64,000 bases of DNA from Arcticibacter sp. (lineage in GTDB: Bacteria; Bacteroidota; Bacteroidia; 2-12-FULL-35-15), in NCBI GenBank assembly GCA_021155045.1, contig JAJNQB010000014.1, forward strand, positions 85,025-149,024. The letters are read 5' to 3'. Within the stretch, counting starts at the first letter, position 1; every line of letters starts with the position of its first letter. Positions 17,352 through 27,253 of this stretch are shown here, piece after piece. The notes below the pieces were generated by a model. That model was not told the DNA's origin, did no database searches, and saw only the letters and a list, made by a program, of their open reading frames with translations. The position numbers were made by a program, and so were the translations under genes.

Positions 17352-18620
17352 ATGAACTACGAGAATACATTAGAATTTGCAAAACAACAAGATGCAAACG
17401 ATCCATTAAAAAAGTATCGTGAAAAATTTTATTTCCCAATGATGCATGGTCGTGAAACTGTTTATTTTACTGGGAATTCGCTCGGACTTCAACCAAAGGC
17501 AACGCAAGATTATGTTTTGAATGAATTAGAAGATTGGGCTACATTTGGTGTTGAAGGACATTTCCATGCACGAAAACCTTGGATGTCATACCATGAACAA
17601 TTTGCTGAACCGCTTTCAAAAATAGTAGGTGCAAAACCCGAAGAAGTTGTTGTAATGAATCAACTTACAGTTAATTTGCATTTATTGCTTGTTAGTTTTT
17701 ATCGTCCTACAAAAACACGTTATAAAATTTTATGTGAAGCAAAAGCATTTCCTTCCGACCAATATGCTTTGGAGTCGCAAGTGAAATTTCATGGATACAT
17801 CCCTGATGATGCTATCATTGAAATAGCTCCACGTGAAGGAGAAGTATGCATCCGTCATGAAGATATAATTTCGGCAATCGAAAAAAATAAAGATTCTATC
17901 GCTACCATTATGATTGGTGGAATAAATTATTACAACGGACAAGTGTTTAACATGAAAGCTATTACAGAAGCTGGTCATAATATTGGAGCGACTGTAGGAT
18001 TTGATTTAGCACATGCTGCCGGAAATTTAAAATTAGAATTACACAATTGGAATGTGGATTTTGCTTGTTGGTGCAGTTATAAATATTTGAATTCAGGACC
18101 AGGAGGTGTTGCAGGAATTTTTATCCATGAACGTCATTTGAACAAGCCCGAAATTCCTCGTTTTGCAGGATGGTGGGGGCACGATAAAAATTCTCGTTTT
18201 AAAATGGAGAAAGGATTTATTCCTATGCCAACAGCCGAAGCTTGGCAAATGAGCAATGCGCCTGTATTGTCGATGGCAGCACATAAAGCATCAGTAGATA
18301 TTTTTAATGAAGTAGGAATGGATGCTTTGGTCGCAAAATCAGAAAAATTAACTGGTTTTTTAGAATTTATAATTGACGACATAAATAATTCGCTTAAACA
18401 AAAATTAGAGATTATCACACCAAGAGATAAGGCTCAAAGAGGTTGTCAATTATCTATTGTAGCACACGGAAAAGGAAAAGAATTATTTAATAAACTTACA
18501 GAAGCAGGAGTAATTAGTGACTGGAGAGAACCGAATGTCATTCGATGTGCCCCAGTACCATTATATAATTCTTTCGAAGATATTTTTAGATTTGGAGAAA
18601 TTTTAAAAACATCTCTTTAA
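17352..18620 (+). CDS. kynU: Kynureninase
   Basis: Class V aminotransferase fold with the kynureninase-specific WCSYKYLNSGPGGVAGIF PLP region. Confidence 0.85.
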   Translation: MNYENTLEFAKQQDANDPLKKYREKFYFPMMHGRETVYFTGNSLGLQPKATQDYVLNELEDWATFGVEGHFHARKPWMSYHEQFAEPLSKIVGAKPEEVVVMNQLTVNLHLLLVSFYRPTKTRYKILCEAKAFPSDQYALESQVKFHGYIPDDAIIEIAPREGEVCIRHEDIISAIEKNKDSIATIMIGGINYYNGQVFNMKAITEAGHNIGATVGFDLAHAAGNLKLELHNWNVDFACWCSYKYLNSGPGGVAGIFIHERHLNKPEIPRFAGWWGHDKNSRFKMEKGFIPMPTAEAWQMSNAPVLSMAAHKASVDIFNEVGMDALVAKSEKLTGFLEFIIDDINNSLKQKLEIITPRDKAQRGCQLSIVAHGKGKELFNKLTEAGVISDWREPNVIRCAPVPLYNSFEDIFRFGEILKTSL

Positions 18621-18682
18621 ATATGAACGAATAAAAATACTGCGAACATTGCGCCTTCTCTGTTTGCACTGTAGTAAAAAAT

Positions 18683-19300
18683 ATGGCTAGATCCAAAATA
18701 AAACACAATCCGAACGCCAAACAATTGATTGACGAAGGAATAGCAAGCGCAGAGCCCTTTGCTCAAGCAATTTGTAAAAAGTTGCGTGCTATTATTTTAA
18801 AAACAGACCCTGCTATTATTGAAGATTGGAAATGGGGACCAAATTATTATAAAGATGGAATGGTTTGCGGTTTTTGGTATTTTAAAAAACATTGCACTCT
18901 TGTATTTTATCAAGGGGCATTATTAAAAGATAAAAAAAAGGTGTTGCTGAAAAATGAAGGCAATGTTCATAATCGACATTTAAAATTTACCGATGTAAAA
19001 CAAATAGATGAAAAATTATTAATAGAATATATTACAGAAGCAATAATAAATAATGAGAAGGGATTAAAAATTATAGAAACAAAAAATAAAACGGTAATTA
19101 TTCCTGATGATTTTATAAAGATATTGTCAAAAAATAAGCTTCTTAATTATTTCGAAAACCTTAGTTATTCCCATAAAAAAGAATATATAATGTGGATTAA
19201 TGACGCAAAAAAAGAAGAGACACGATTGAGAAGAATGGATACAGCCGTGGAAAAATTAAGTGCAAAACAAGGGTTGAATGATAAATATTTAAAGAAATAA
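18683..19300 (+). CDS. DUF1801 / YdeI-like domain protein
   Basis: Domain-level resemblance only. Confidence 0.55.
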   Translation: MARSKIKHNPNAKQLIDEGIASAEPFAQAICKKLRAIILKTDPAIIEDWKWGPNYYKDGMVCGFWYFKKHCTLVFYQGALLKDKKKVLLKNEGNVHNRHLKFTDVKQIDEKLLIEYITEAIINNEKGLKIIETKNKTVIIPDDFIKILSKNKLLNYFENLSYSHKKEYIMWINDAKKEETRLRRMDTAVEKLSAKQGLNDKYLKK

Positions 19301-19470
19301 ATTGTCTCGCAAAGACGCAAAGTACGCAGAGAAAGAGTTTATGAATTCAGTTTTTGAAAATTTAAATGCAAAACAAGGGTTAAACGATAAATACATCAAA
19401 AGATAATTTGTCTCACAAAGACGCAAAGTACGCAGAGAAGCAGTTTATGAATTCAGCCAATAAAGAATTA
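19260..19470. repeat. Two tandem ~106-bp units covering the DUF1801 gene 3' end, the left TIR of GxxExxY copy 3 and its ATG
   Basis: The units TGCAAAACAAGGGTTGAATGATAAATATTTAAAGAAATAAATTGTCTCGCAAAGACGCAAAGTACGCAGAGAAAGAGTTTATGAATTCAG and TGCAAAACAAGGGTTAAACGATAAATACATCAAAAGATAATTTGTCTCACAAAGACGCAAAGTACGCAGAGAAGCAGTTTATGAATTCAG match at about 90%. Confidence 0.7.
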
Positions 19471-19871
19471 AATGAAAATGAAATTTCAAAAATATTATTA
19501 AACATTTTTATTTCTATTCATTCACAACTCGGACCAGGATTGCTTGAAAGTGTTTATGAAGAAATAATATGCCATGAATTAGATAATCATGGAGTTAAAT
19601 ATAAAAGACAACAAGGAATTGCTGTCGTTTACAATGAAATTAAACTTGATATCGGTTTTAGAGCAGATATAATAGTATCGGATAAAGTAATAATTGAAAT
19701 TAAATCTGTTGAGCAACTTGCTCCTGTTCATCATAAACAATTATTAACTTACCTAAAATTGACAAATAAAAAACTTGGTTTGTTGGTTAACTTTAATGTA
19801 AATTTAATCAAAGATGGAATTGTAAGAATTGTAAATAATTTATAACCTTGCGAGCTTTGCGTCTTTGCGAG
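19411..19871. mobile_element. TIR-bounded GxxExxY cassette, copy 3: 18-bp TIR TCTCACAAAGACGCAAAG / CTTTGCGTCTTTGCGAGA with 1 mismatch
   Basis: Read directly from the sequence. The TIR is related to that of copy 2 (shared TCTCGCA...AGTACGC.GAGA frame). The upstream duplicated unit carries a perfect-match left TIR copy. Confidence 0.45.
19447..19845 (+). CDS. GxxExxY family protein, copy 3
   Basis: About 75% identical to copy 2, with a near-identical C-terminal 30 aa. The ORF track begins at a TTG at 19408, which lies inside the TIR; the ATG at 19447 is the likelier start. Confidence 0.75.
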   Translation: MNSANKELNENEISKILLNIFISIHSQLGPGLLESVYEEIICHELDNHGVKYKRQQGIAVVYNEIKLDIGFRADIIVSDKVIIEIKSVEQLAPVHHKQLLTYLKLTNKKLGLLVNFNVNLIKDGIVRIVNNL

Positions 19872-19885
19872 AAAAAAATAGAAAT

Positions 19886-21232
19886 ATGAATAAAAAAGTA
19901 AATATTATTGGTGCTGGCTTAGTTGGTTCTTTGTTATCCATCTATCTTGCAAAACGTGGATATAAAATAAATATTTTTGAACGCAGACCAGATATGCGAA
20001 AAGCAGCAATGTCTGCTGGAAAATCAATCAACCTTGCATTAAGCGACAGAGGATGGAAAGGACTTGAAGGTGTTGGCATTGCTGATGAAATTAAAAAAAT
20101 TGCTATTCCAATGTATGGCAGATTTATCCATCATAAAGATGGCTCAACAGCTTACCAACCTTATGGAAAAGAAGGCCAAGCAATCTATTCTGTTTCAAGG
20201 GCAGAAATAAATATGAGATTGATGGATTTAGCAGAACAACAAAAAAATGTTACTATCCATTTCAATGAAAAATGTATTTCTGTTGACAAACAAAATCTAT
20301 CTGCTGAATTTGAAAACACGGAAACAAACACCATATCTAAACATAAAAGTGATTTAATCTTTGGTTCGGATGGAGCTTTTGCTGCCTCTCGTTTAAACTT
20401 ACAATTAACAAGCGATAGATTTGAGTACAATCAACATTATATTGAAGCTGGTTATAAAGAACTTATAATACCTCCTGGTCCCAATGGAGAATTTTTAATT
20501 GAGAAGAACGCATTGCATATTTGGCCTCGCGGAAGTTTTATGATGATTGCATTACCAAACATGGATGGTAATTTTACTTGCACTCTATTTTTACCATTTG
20601 AAGGAGAGTTTTCTTTTGAAAAATTAAGAACAGAAGAAGATATTTCTACATTTTTTAATGAACAATTTCCTGATGCTGTGCCTTTAATGCCAACTCTTAT
20701 TGATGATTTTATGAACAACCCAACATCATCACTTGTAACTGTAAAATGCTATCCTTGGACTTTTGAAGACAAGATTGCATTGATTGGCGATGCTGCCCAT
20801 GCTGTTGTTCCGTTTTACGGACAAGGAATGAATTGCGGGTTTGAAGATTGTGTGGTATTAAACGAACTAATAGGAAAGCATAATGAAGATTGGAACAAAA
20901 TCATGAACGACTATCAAGAACTTCGAAAACCTGATGCCGATGCAATTGCTGATTTAGCCATTGCAAATTTTGTGGAAATGCGTGATAAAACTGCAGACCC
21001 AAAATTTTTATTACAGAAAAAAATTGAAGCTAGATTTAGTGAAAAATATCCCGAAAAATGGATTCCTCTATATTCAATGGTAACATACAGCCCTCACATT
21101 CGCTACTCAACCGCAATGAAAGAAGGACAAAAGCAAGAATTAATCATGCAAAAAATTATGGCGATGCCTGAAATAGATAAAAAATGGGATAGTGAAGAAG
21201 TTGAAAAGGAAATTTTAAAAAGTATCAAGTAA
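19886..21232 (+). CDS. kmo: Kynurenine 3-monooxygenase (FAD-dependent)
   Basis: FAD-binding VNIIGAGLVGS motif, with KMO-like homology throughout. The start was moved to MNKKVNIIG, downstream of the cassette's right TIR. Confidence 0.85.
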   Translation: MNKKVNIIGAGLVGSLLSIYLAKRGYKINIFERRPDMRKAAMSAGKSINLALSDRGWKGLEGVGIADEIKKIAIPMYGRFIHHKDGSTAYQPYGKEGQAIYSVSRAEINMRLMDLAEQQKNVTIHFNEKCISVDKQNLSAEFENTETNTISKHKSDLIFGSDGAFAASRLNLQLTSDRFEYNQHYIEAGYKELIIPPGPNGEFLIEKNALHIWPRGSFMMIALPNMDGNFTCTLFLPFEGEFSFEKLRTEEDISTFFNEQFPDAVPLMPTLIDDFMNNPTSSLVTVKCYPWTFEDKIALIGDAAHAVVPFYGQGMNCGFEDCVVLNELIGKHNEDWNKIMNDYQELRKPDADAIADLAIANFVEMRDKTADPKFLLQKKIEARFSEKYPEKWIPLYSMVTYSPHIRYSTAMKEGQKQELIMQKIMAMPEIDKKWDSEEVEKEILKSIK

Positions 21233-21288
21233 ATAGTATTAAGTATCAAGATTTAACCTATTACTACCTGATACTTAATATTTGATAC

Positions 21289-21600
21289 TTGTTACTAATA
21301 AAAATGATTTACGATAAAAAATATCTTCAAGTAAAACTCCTTTTAGAAAATGTTTCGAACTATGAATTAATGGGTGTTTACCGTCCTCAAGCTTATTTGC
21401 AAGGCGCAGGAAAATATTGTACTGAATGTCAAATAAATTTGTTTAAAGCGCCCATTGAGCCAGGAAAAAGCGAAATTGTAAATGCAGTTCTTTTTGCCCC
21501 ACATGGTTATGGCGAACATTTACTTACAGGAAGTTTATTAACTTTACGTAACGGAATTGAGATAGAAGCAAAAGCCGTTGTTTTGGAAATAATAGGATAG
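21289..21600 (+). CDS. Hypothetical protein
   Basis: Open reading frame only. A later start at MIYDKKY is possible. Confidence 0.35.
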   Translation: MLLIKMIYDKKYLQVKLLLENVSNYELMGVYRPQAYLQGAGKYCTECQINLFKAPIEPGKSEIVNAVLFAPHGYGEHLLTGSLLTLRNGIEIEAKAVVLEIIG

Positions 21601-21607
21601 TAAACAA

Positions 21608-23431
21608 TTGAAAATCAAAAACAAAATATTTTTTTTTCTAGCACTTGTTTTTACAAGTGGAATAGCTGTTGCTCAACCAAACACTGATGAGCAGTTGGCT
21701 TTGCAATTTTATCAAAACAAAGAATTTGATAAAGCTTTGGATTACTATGAAAAATTGTATAACAAAAAATCTCCTCAAATCTATTATTCCCAATATCTAA
21801 ACTGTTTAATCGAAACAAAAGATTTTAAAAAAGCAGAAAAAATAGTTAAAAAACATATCAAACAAAATCCAACTTTTTTAAATTATCAAATCGACTTAGG
21901 AATTGTTTACACAAAAAATGAAGAGCCAGAAAAAGCAAAAAGTGCTTGGGAACAGGCTGTAAAATCTATAAAATACGATGACCAAGTGTTTTCTTTAGCT
22001 AATGGATTTATTGCTATCCGACAATACGATTATGCAATTGCAGCTTACCAAAGAGGAAAAAAAATATCCCAAACAAATTATCCTTACAGCTTTGAGCTTG
22101 CCGAAGTTTACAAAACAAAAGGTGATAAAATTTTAATGATTAATGAACTTTTAGATGCTTTAGAAATAAATGATTCGTATTTACAAAGTGTACAAAATGG
22201 ATTACAAACAAGTTTTGGAGCTGATGCTGACACAAAACAAAATGAGCTTTTAAAAACTGAATTATTAAAACGCATTGCGAAACATCCAGACAAAACAATT
22301 TTTTCAGAACTATTAATTTGGATGCAAATACAATTAAAGGATTGGGATGGAGCATTTGTTCAAGCAAAAGCTTTAGACAAAAGAAAAAAAGAAGAAGGCG
22401 GAAGAGTTATGGGACTTGCTCAACTTTTTTCACAAAATGAAGCGTATGAGGTGGCAGCAAAAGCTTATCAATATGTGATTTCAAAAGGAAAAGACAATTA
22501 CTTTTATACAAATGCTCGAATGGAGCTATTGAATGTACAATACACAAAAGTAGTTTCAAAAGGCGATTATACGCAACTTGATTTAACAGAGCTTGAAAAA
22601 AACTATTCCATCACCATCGAAGAACTTGGAAAATCTGCAAGCATTGTTTCTCTTTTAAAAAATTATGCACACTTAAAAGCTTTTTACTTAAATAAAGCAG
22701 ATGAGGCTATCAAAATTTTAGATGATGCTATTGCAATGCCACAACTATCGGCTGTTCAACAGGCAGAGTGCAAATTGGAATTAGCCGATATTCTATTAAT
22801 GACAGGAGAAATTTGGGATGCATCTCTTTATTATTCTCAAGTTGAAAAAAGTTTTAAATATGATGTTATTGGTCAAGAAGCTAAATTTAGAAATGCAAAA
22901 ATTTCGTATTACACAGGAGATTTTAAATGGTCGCAAGCACAACTGGATGTTTTAAAAGGTGCTACTTCAAAACTTATTTCGAATGATGCAATGGATTTAT
23001 CATTGTTAATAAGCGATGCGCTAGCTATTGATACGAATGAAGCTCCTCTGCTTATTTTTGCAAGAGCCGATTTATTAGCTTTTCAGAATAAAGATGAACA
23101 AGCAAAAATTACACTTGATTCTATCAATAAACTTTACCCCAACCATGCCTTAGCAGATGATATTCTTTATAGAAAAGCAAAAATTGAATTAAAACATTCC
23201 AATTATACTGAAGCAGCAAAATATTACGAAGAAATAATAAACAATTATGGTTTTGATATTTTAGGTGATGATGCTACATTTAATCTTGCAGATATAAATG
23301 AGAATCAATTTAAAAACATCGAAAAAGCAAAAGAGCTGTATCAACAATTATTAGAAAAATATCCTGGTAGTTTATATGTAGTAGAAGCTCGCAAACGCTA
23401 CAGAAAATTAAGAGGTGATGCAATTAATTAA
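21608..23431 (+). CDS. Tetratricopeptide-repeat protein with signal peptide
   Basis: It has a signal peptide and multiple TPR-like W/Y-spaced helices. Confidence 0.7.
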   Translation: MKIKNKIFFFLALVFTSGIAVAQPNTDEQLALQFYQNKEFDKALDYYEKLYNKKSPQIYYSQYLNCLIETKDFKKAEKIVKKHIKQNPTFLNYQIDLGIVYTKNEEPEKAKSAWEQAVKSIKYDDQVFSLANGFIAIRQYDYAIAAYQRGKKISQTNYPYSFELAEVYKTKGDKILMINELLDALEINDSYLQSVQNGLQTSFGADADTKQNELLKTELLKRIAKHPDKTIFSELLIWMQIQLKDWDGAFVQAKALDKRKKEEGGRVMGLAQLFSQNEAYEVAAKAYQYVISKGKDNYFYTNARMELLNVQYTKVVSKGDYTQLDLTELEKNYSITIEELGKSASIVSLLKNYAHLKAFYLNKADEAIKILDDAIAMPQLSAVQQAECKLELADILLMTGEIWDASLYYSQVEKSFKYDVIGQEAKFRNAKISYYTGDFKWSQAQLDVLKGATSKLISNDAMDLSLLISDALAIDTNEAPLLIFARADLLAFQNKDEQAKITLDSINKLYPNHALADDILYRKAKIELKHSNYTEAAKYYEEIINNYGFDILGDDATFNLADINENQFKNIEKAKELYQQLLEKYPGSLYVVEARKRYRKLRGDAIN

Positions 23432-23454
23432 CACCAATTATAAACTTATTTTTT

Positions 23455-23754
23455 ATGATAATTTACAATGTAACAGTTAATGTAGAAAATGATGTTCGTG
23501 ATGAATGGGTAAAGTGGATGAAAGAAATTCACATCCCAGAAGTTATGAAAACAGGTTATTTTACTGAAAATAAAATTTGCAAAGTATTGGTAGATGAAGA
23601 GCAAGGAACTACTTTTTCAGTACAATATACTTGCAAAAGTATTGATGTACTAAAAGATTACCAATCAAAAGAAGCTCCTCGCTTACAAAAAGATCACAAC
23701 GAAAAATACGGAACAAAAGCTGTTGCCTTTAGAACTTTACTTGAAATTTTATAA
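23455..23754 (+). CDS. DUF4286-like small protein
   Basis: A small conserved ORF abutting ksgA (stop/start ATAATG). Confidence 0.5.
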   Translation: MIIYNVTVNVENDVRDEWVKWMKEIHIPEVMKTGYFTENKICKVLVDEEQGTTFSVQYTCKSIDVLKDYQSKEAPRLQKDHNEKYGTKAVAFRTLLEIL

Positions 23755-24536
23755 TGAGCGAAAACGTAAGAGCAAAAAAACATTTAGGTCAGCATTTCTT
23801 AAAAGATGAAACAATCGCTCTTGATATTGTTAAGGCGCTTAAGCATACATCTAAATATAAAAAGGTTTTAGAAGTAGGTCCAGGAATGGGTGTACTCACT
23901 AAATATTTGATTCAAGAAAAAGATTTCGAAACGCATATTATTGACATTGATAAAGAATCGATTGCTTATCTAAAAAAAAACTTTCCTGTTTTAGAAAATA
24001 AAATAATTGATGGTGATTTTTTAAAATTGGATTTTACATCTTTATTTAACAAGGAGCCTTTTGCAGTAATCGGCAATTTTCCATATAATATTTCTACTGA
24101 AATTTTATTTAAAGTTCTCGACCACAAAAATCAAGTGCCGGAAGTTGTTGGTATGTTCCAAAAAGAAGTAGCAGAACGAATCGCTGCAAAACCAAAAAAT
24201 AAAACGTATGGCATAACCAGTGTTTTACTTCAAGCATATTATGATATCGAGTATTTATTTACTGTTCACGAAAATGTTTTTATCCCACCACCACGAGTAA
24301 AATCTGCTGTTATTCGTTTAACTCGAAATACTGTTGCGTCACTTGATTGCAACGAAAAATTATTTAAGCAAGTGGTAAAAGCTGGATTTAATCAACGAAG
24401 AAAAACATTAAGAAACTCTATAAAAGCTTTTAAGCTTAAACCTGAATTTTCTGACAATATCTATCTAAGCAAACGTGCTGAAGAACTTTCTGTAGCAGAC
24501 TTTGTTACGCTAACAAATATGGTGGTGCAAGAATAA
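23754..24536 (+). CDS. rsmA: 16S rRNA (adenine1518/1519-N6)-dimethyltransferase
   Basis: LGQHFL motif, SAM-binding VLEVGPGMG and NFPYNIST are present. Confidence 0.9.
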   Translation: MSENVRAKKHLGQHFLKDETIALDIVKALKHTSKYKKVLEVGPGMGVLTKYLIQEKDFETHIIDIDKESIAYLKKNFPVLENKIIDGDFLKLDFTSLFNKEPFAVIGNFPYNISTEILFKVLDHKNQVPEVVGMFQKEVAERIAAKPKNKTYGITSVLLQAYYDIEYLFTVHENVFIPPPRVKSAVIRLTRNTVASLDCNEKLFKQVVKAGFNQRRKTLRNSIKAFKLKPEFSDNIYLSKRAEELSVADFVTLTNMVVQE

Positions 24537-24539
24537 ATT

Positions 24540-25964
24540 TTAATTGAAAAACAAACCTTCTAAATCAGGTAGTTTTATTTTTTTATACTTACCAAACTTT
24601 ACAACCGAATAAATTATTTGATAGCTAAAAAATAAAAATAAAATCAACACAGGTAAAATTCTAGTCAAACGAATAAGTGTTAATGATTGTGCGCTCAAAT
24701 AATCGCTATTTCTCAATAAAAAATACAAGCTAGGCAAACAAACCAACAAGCCAATAACAAAAAATAATTTCAATTGTTTATTATAAAAAACTTGTTTTTC
24801 TTTTAAAATTGGCAACAATGCAATTACAGGCAAGGCTGATGAATATTGGTATTCCCAAACAGTATTGTAACTCAAATAAAATGTAAAAGATATTGAAAAC
24901 AATACTAACAAGGCACTTTGCATTCGTATTTTTTTATCCTCAATAAATGGAACTAAAAAAGAAAAAATCAAACATAAATAAATTGGTAATTTATATATCC
25001 TTGCAGAAGTTTCATAACCAAGCAGTGTATCTACAAAAACAGGAAGTGAAAAAACATCAATATGCATTAACTTATAATCACTTTGTGCAATTAAATTAAA
25101 CCAATGGATACTATTATCTTTCATATACTCATTCAGCACAAAATTATTTTGAAAAATATTCATTGTGCTTTTAATAAATTCAAAATCGAATGCTGTACTA
25201 TAAATTCTGCTCCAACCAATTGATTGAGGATTAAAGATCGGCAGCAATAAAAACAGCAAGGACACAATTACATAAGCAATTAAACTTTTCACAGTAGTTT
25301 TTCTTGTTTCTTTTAACAGCAATAATAGTGGCAACATTAGCAATACTATTGGTTTTGTAAAAAAGGACAATAGCAAGCCTGCCATCAACAGTTTGTTTGC
25401 TCTTTCGCTATTTTCAGCATTAGTATATTCTAAAAATGAAACAAAAATTAAAGATAGAGCCAATACCAATGGCGCATGCATATTCCCCACAAATAGCGTC
25501 CAATAGGTTGGCATCCCACAAAGGACAATAAAATATGTTATTTGTTTTTTAAAATTATCACTAGTTTGAGATGCAATAAATTTTGCTGAAAGAAAAAACA
25601 GAAAAAGCGAAAAAACAACAAACAAAGAATAACTCACCCAAGGGGTAAAAAACGAAAACCAGCTTGCTACAAAAACGCTAAAAGCAGGATGTGCCAAATA
25701 CCAAGTGGCTTTATCGCCATAAGGAAGTCCTCCCCATGTATCGTAAATACTACGTTTTTCTAATAGGTTAAGAAAGGACTTCGGCAAAGCAAAGTAATCA
25801 ATGCCTTGCACATTTGCATGTTCTGCGCCAAAGAAAAATACATTTAGCCATCCAAAATAAAGCGATAATAAAAACACAGCTATTATAGCTATTATTAAAA
25901 AAGGAAAGTATTTAATTGCTTGCTTCATTTTCATCAAAAATAATTCTTTTTTGATTGTATTCAA
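24540..25964 (-). CDS. Polytopic integral membrane protein (GT-C-like; possible glycosyltransferase)
   Basis: At least 10 predicted TM helices. It has no soluble domains and is aromatic-rich. Confidence 0.5.
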   Translation of the reverse strand: MNTIKKELFLMKMKQAIKYFPFLIIAIIAVFLLSLYFGWLNVFFFGAEHANVQGIDYFALPKSFLNLLEKRSIYDTWGGLPYGDKATWYLAHPAFSVFVASWFSFFTPWVSYSLFVVFSLFLFFLSAKFIASQTSDNFKKQITYFIVLCGMPTYWTLFVGNMHAPLVLALSLIFVSFLEYTNAENSERANKLLMAGLLLSFFTKPIVLLMLPLLLLLKETRKTTVKSLIAYVIVSLLFLLLPIFNPQSIGWSRIYSTAFDFEFIKSTMNIFQNNFVLNEYMKDNSIHWFNLIAQSDYKLMHIDVFSLPVFVDTLLGYETSARIYKLPIYLCLIFSFLVPFIEDKKIRMQSALLVLFSISFTFYLSYNTVWEYQYSSALPVIALLPILKEKQVFYNKQLKLFFVIGLLVCLPSLYFLLRNSDYLSAQSLTLIRLTRILPVLILFLFFSYQIIYSVVKFGKYKKIKLPDLEGLFFN

Positions 25965-26868
25965 CCTTAAATATATGAAACAAATTCTATTACCTTTGTC
26001 ATCGGTAAAAATGGCACTATTCGGACTATTTAATAAAGTAAAAGACCCTAATCAACTTTCGTTTTGGGGGCATATTGATGCATTGCGAGGGCATTTGTTC
26101 CGTTCATCAATTGTGGTGGTTGTAATTGCTGTTACTTTGTTTTGTTTCCCTAGCTTTTTATTCGATACCATAATTTTTGGTCCTATTCACAATGATTTTT
26201 TAACCTACAAAGCATTCTGCAAATTAGGATATTGGCTTCATCACCAAGGCATGATGGACGATATGAATGGTTTGTGTTTTGGAAATTATACTTTTAAGCT
26301 TCAAGCATTGGGTTTATCCGACCAGTTTACTTCTCAAATGTGGATTGCATTTGTTGGCGGCTTGGTGCTTGGTTCACCGTATGTACTTTTCGAAATATGG
26401 AAATTCATTAAACCTGCACTAAAAGAAAAAGAAAAAAAAGGAGCTGTTGGATTTATATTTTCGGCAAGCACACTTTTTGTATCGGGCATTTTATTTAGTT
26501 ATTTTATCATTGTTCCATTAACAATTAATTTTTTAGGAAATTATAAAATCAGCGACCAAATTGAAAATAATTTCACCATGGATTCTTACATCTCTTTGGT
26601 AACAACACTTTCTTTTGCAACAGGCTTGGTTTTTGAATTGCCTGTTTTAGTTTTCTTTTTATCAAAATTTGGAATTATTACCCCCGAATTTATGCGCAAA
26701 TACCGCAAACATGCTGTTGTAGTAATATTAATTGCTGCAGCCGTTATTACACCTTCTCCTGATGTTACATCGCAAATGTTGGTAGCATTCCCCTTGTATT
26801 TCTTGTACGAAGCAAGTATATTTGTTTCTCATTATGTAGTGAAGAAAAAAGCAAAACAAACAGCATAA
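25951..26868 (+). CDS. tatC: Twin-arginine translocase subunit TatC
   Basis: HIDALRGHLFRSSIVVVV matches the TatC N-terminal consensus, and the protein has 6 TM helices. The true start is probably at 25975 or 26011, because the ORF-track start overlaps the opposite-strand gene. Confidence 0.8.
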   Translation: MIVFNLKYMKQILLPLSSVKMALFGLFNKVKDPNQLSFWGHIDALRGHLFRSSIVVVVIAVTLFCFPSFLFDTIIFGPIHNDFLTYKAFCKLGYWLHHQGMMDDMNGLCFGNYTFKLQALGLSDQFTSQMWIAFVGGLVLGSPYVLFEIWKFIKPALKEKEKKGAVGFIFSASTLFVSGILFSYFIIVPLTINFLGNYKISDQIENNFTMDSYISLVTTLSFATGLVFELPVLVFFLSKFGIITPEFMRKYRKHAVVVILIAAAVITPSPDVTSQMLVAFPLYFLYEASIFVSHYVVKKKAKQTA

Positions 26869-26908
26869 AAGCTGTACATTTAATACTCGTTTTAATAAAC
26901 AAATAAAT

Positions 26909-27253
26909 ATGTCGGATACAGTAAAAGAGTTTAACGATTATCGTGCTAAAATGAATGAAAAAATATTAGCTGCTGATAATGTTGTTTTAAAAAGATTATT
27001 CAATCTGGATACCAACACTTATGCCGAAGGAGCATTGCAAGTTAAAACAAAAGAAATGCTTGGACTTGTAGCTTCTATGGTGTTGCGTTGCGATGATTGT
27101 ATAAAATATCATTTAGAAAAATGCAAAGAAAATGGAGTAAGCAAAGCGGAAGTGTTTGAAGTGTTTGCTGTTGCCAATATCGTTGGCGGAACAATAGTTA
27201 TACCTCATACACGAAGAGCAGTAGAATTTTGGGAAGAATTAGAAAAATTATAA
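26909..27253 (+). CDS. Carboxymuconolactone decarboxylase family protein (AhpD-like)
   Basis: CMD-fold length with a CDDCIKYH motif. Confidence 0.65.
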   Translation: MSDTVKEFNDYRAKMNEKILAADNVVLKRLFNLDTNTYAEGALQVKTKEMLGLVASMVLRCDDCIKYHLEKCKENGVSKAEVFEVFAVANIVGGTIVIPHTRRAVEFWEELEKL

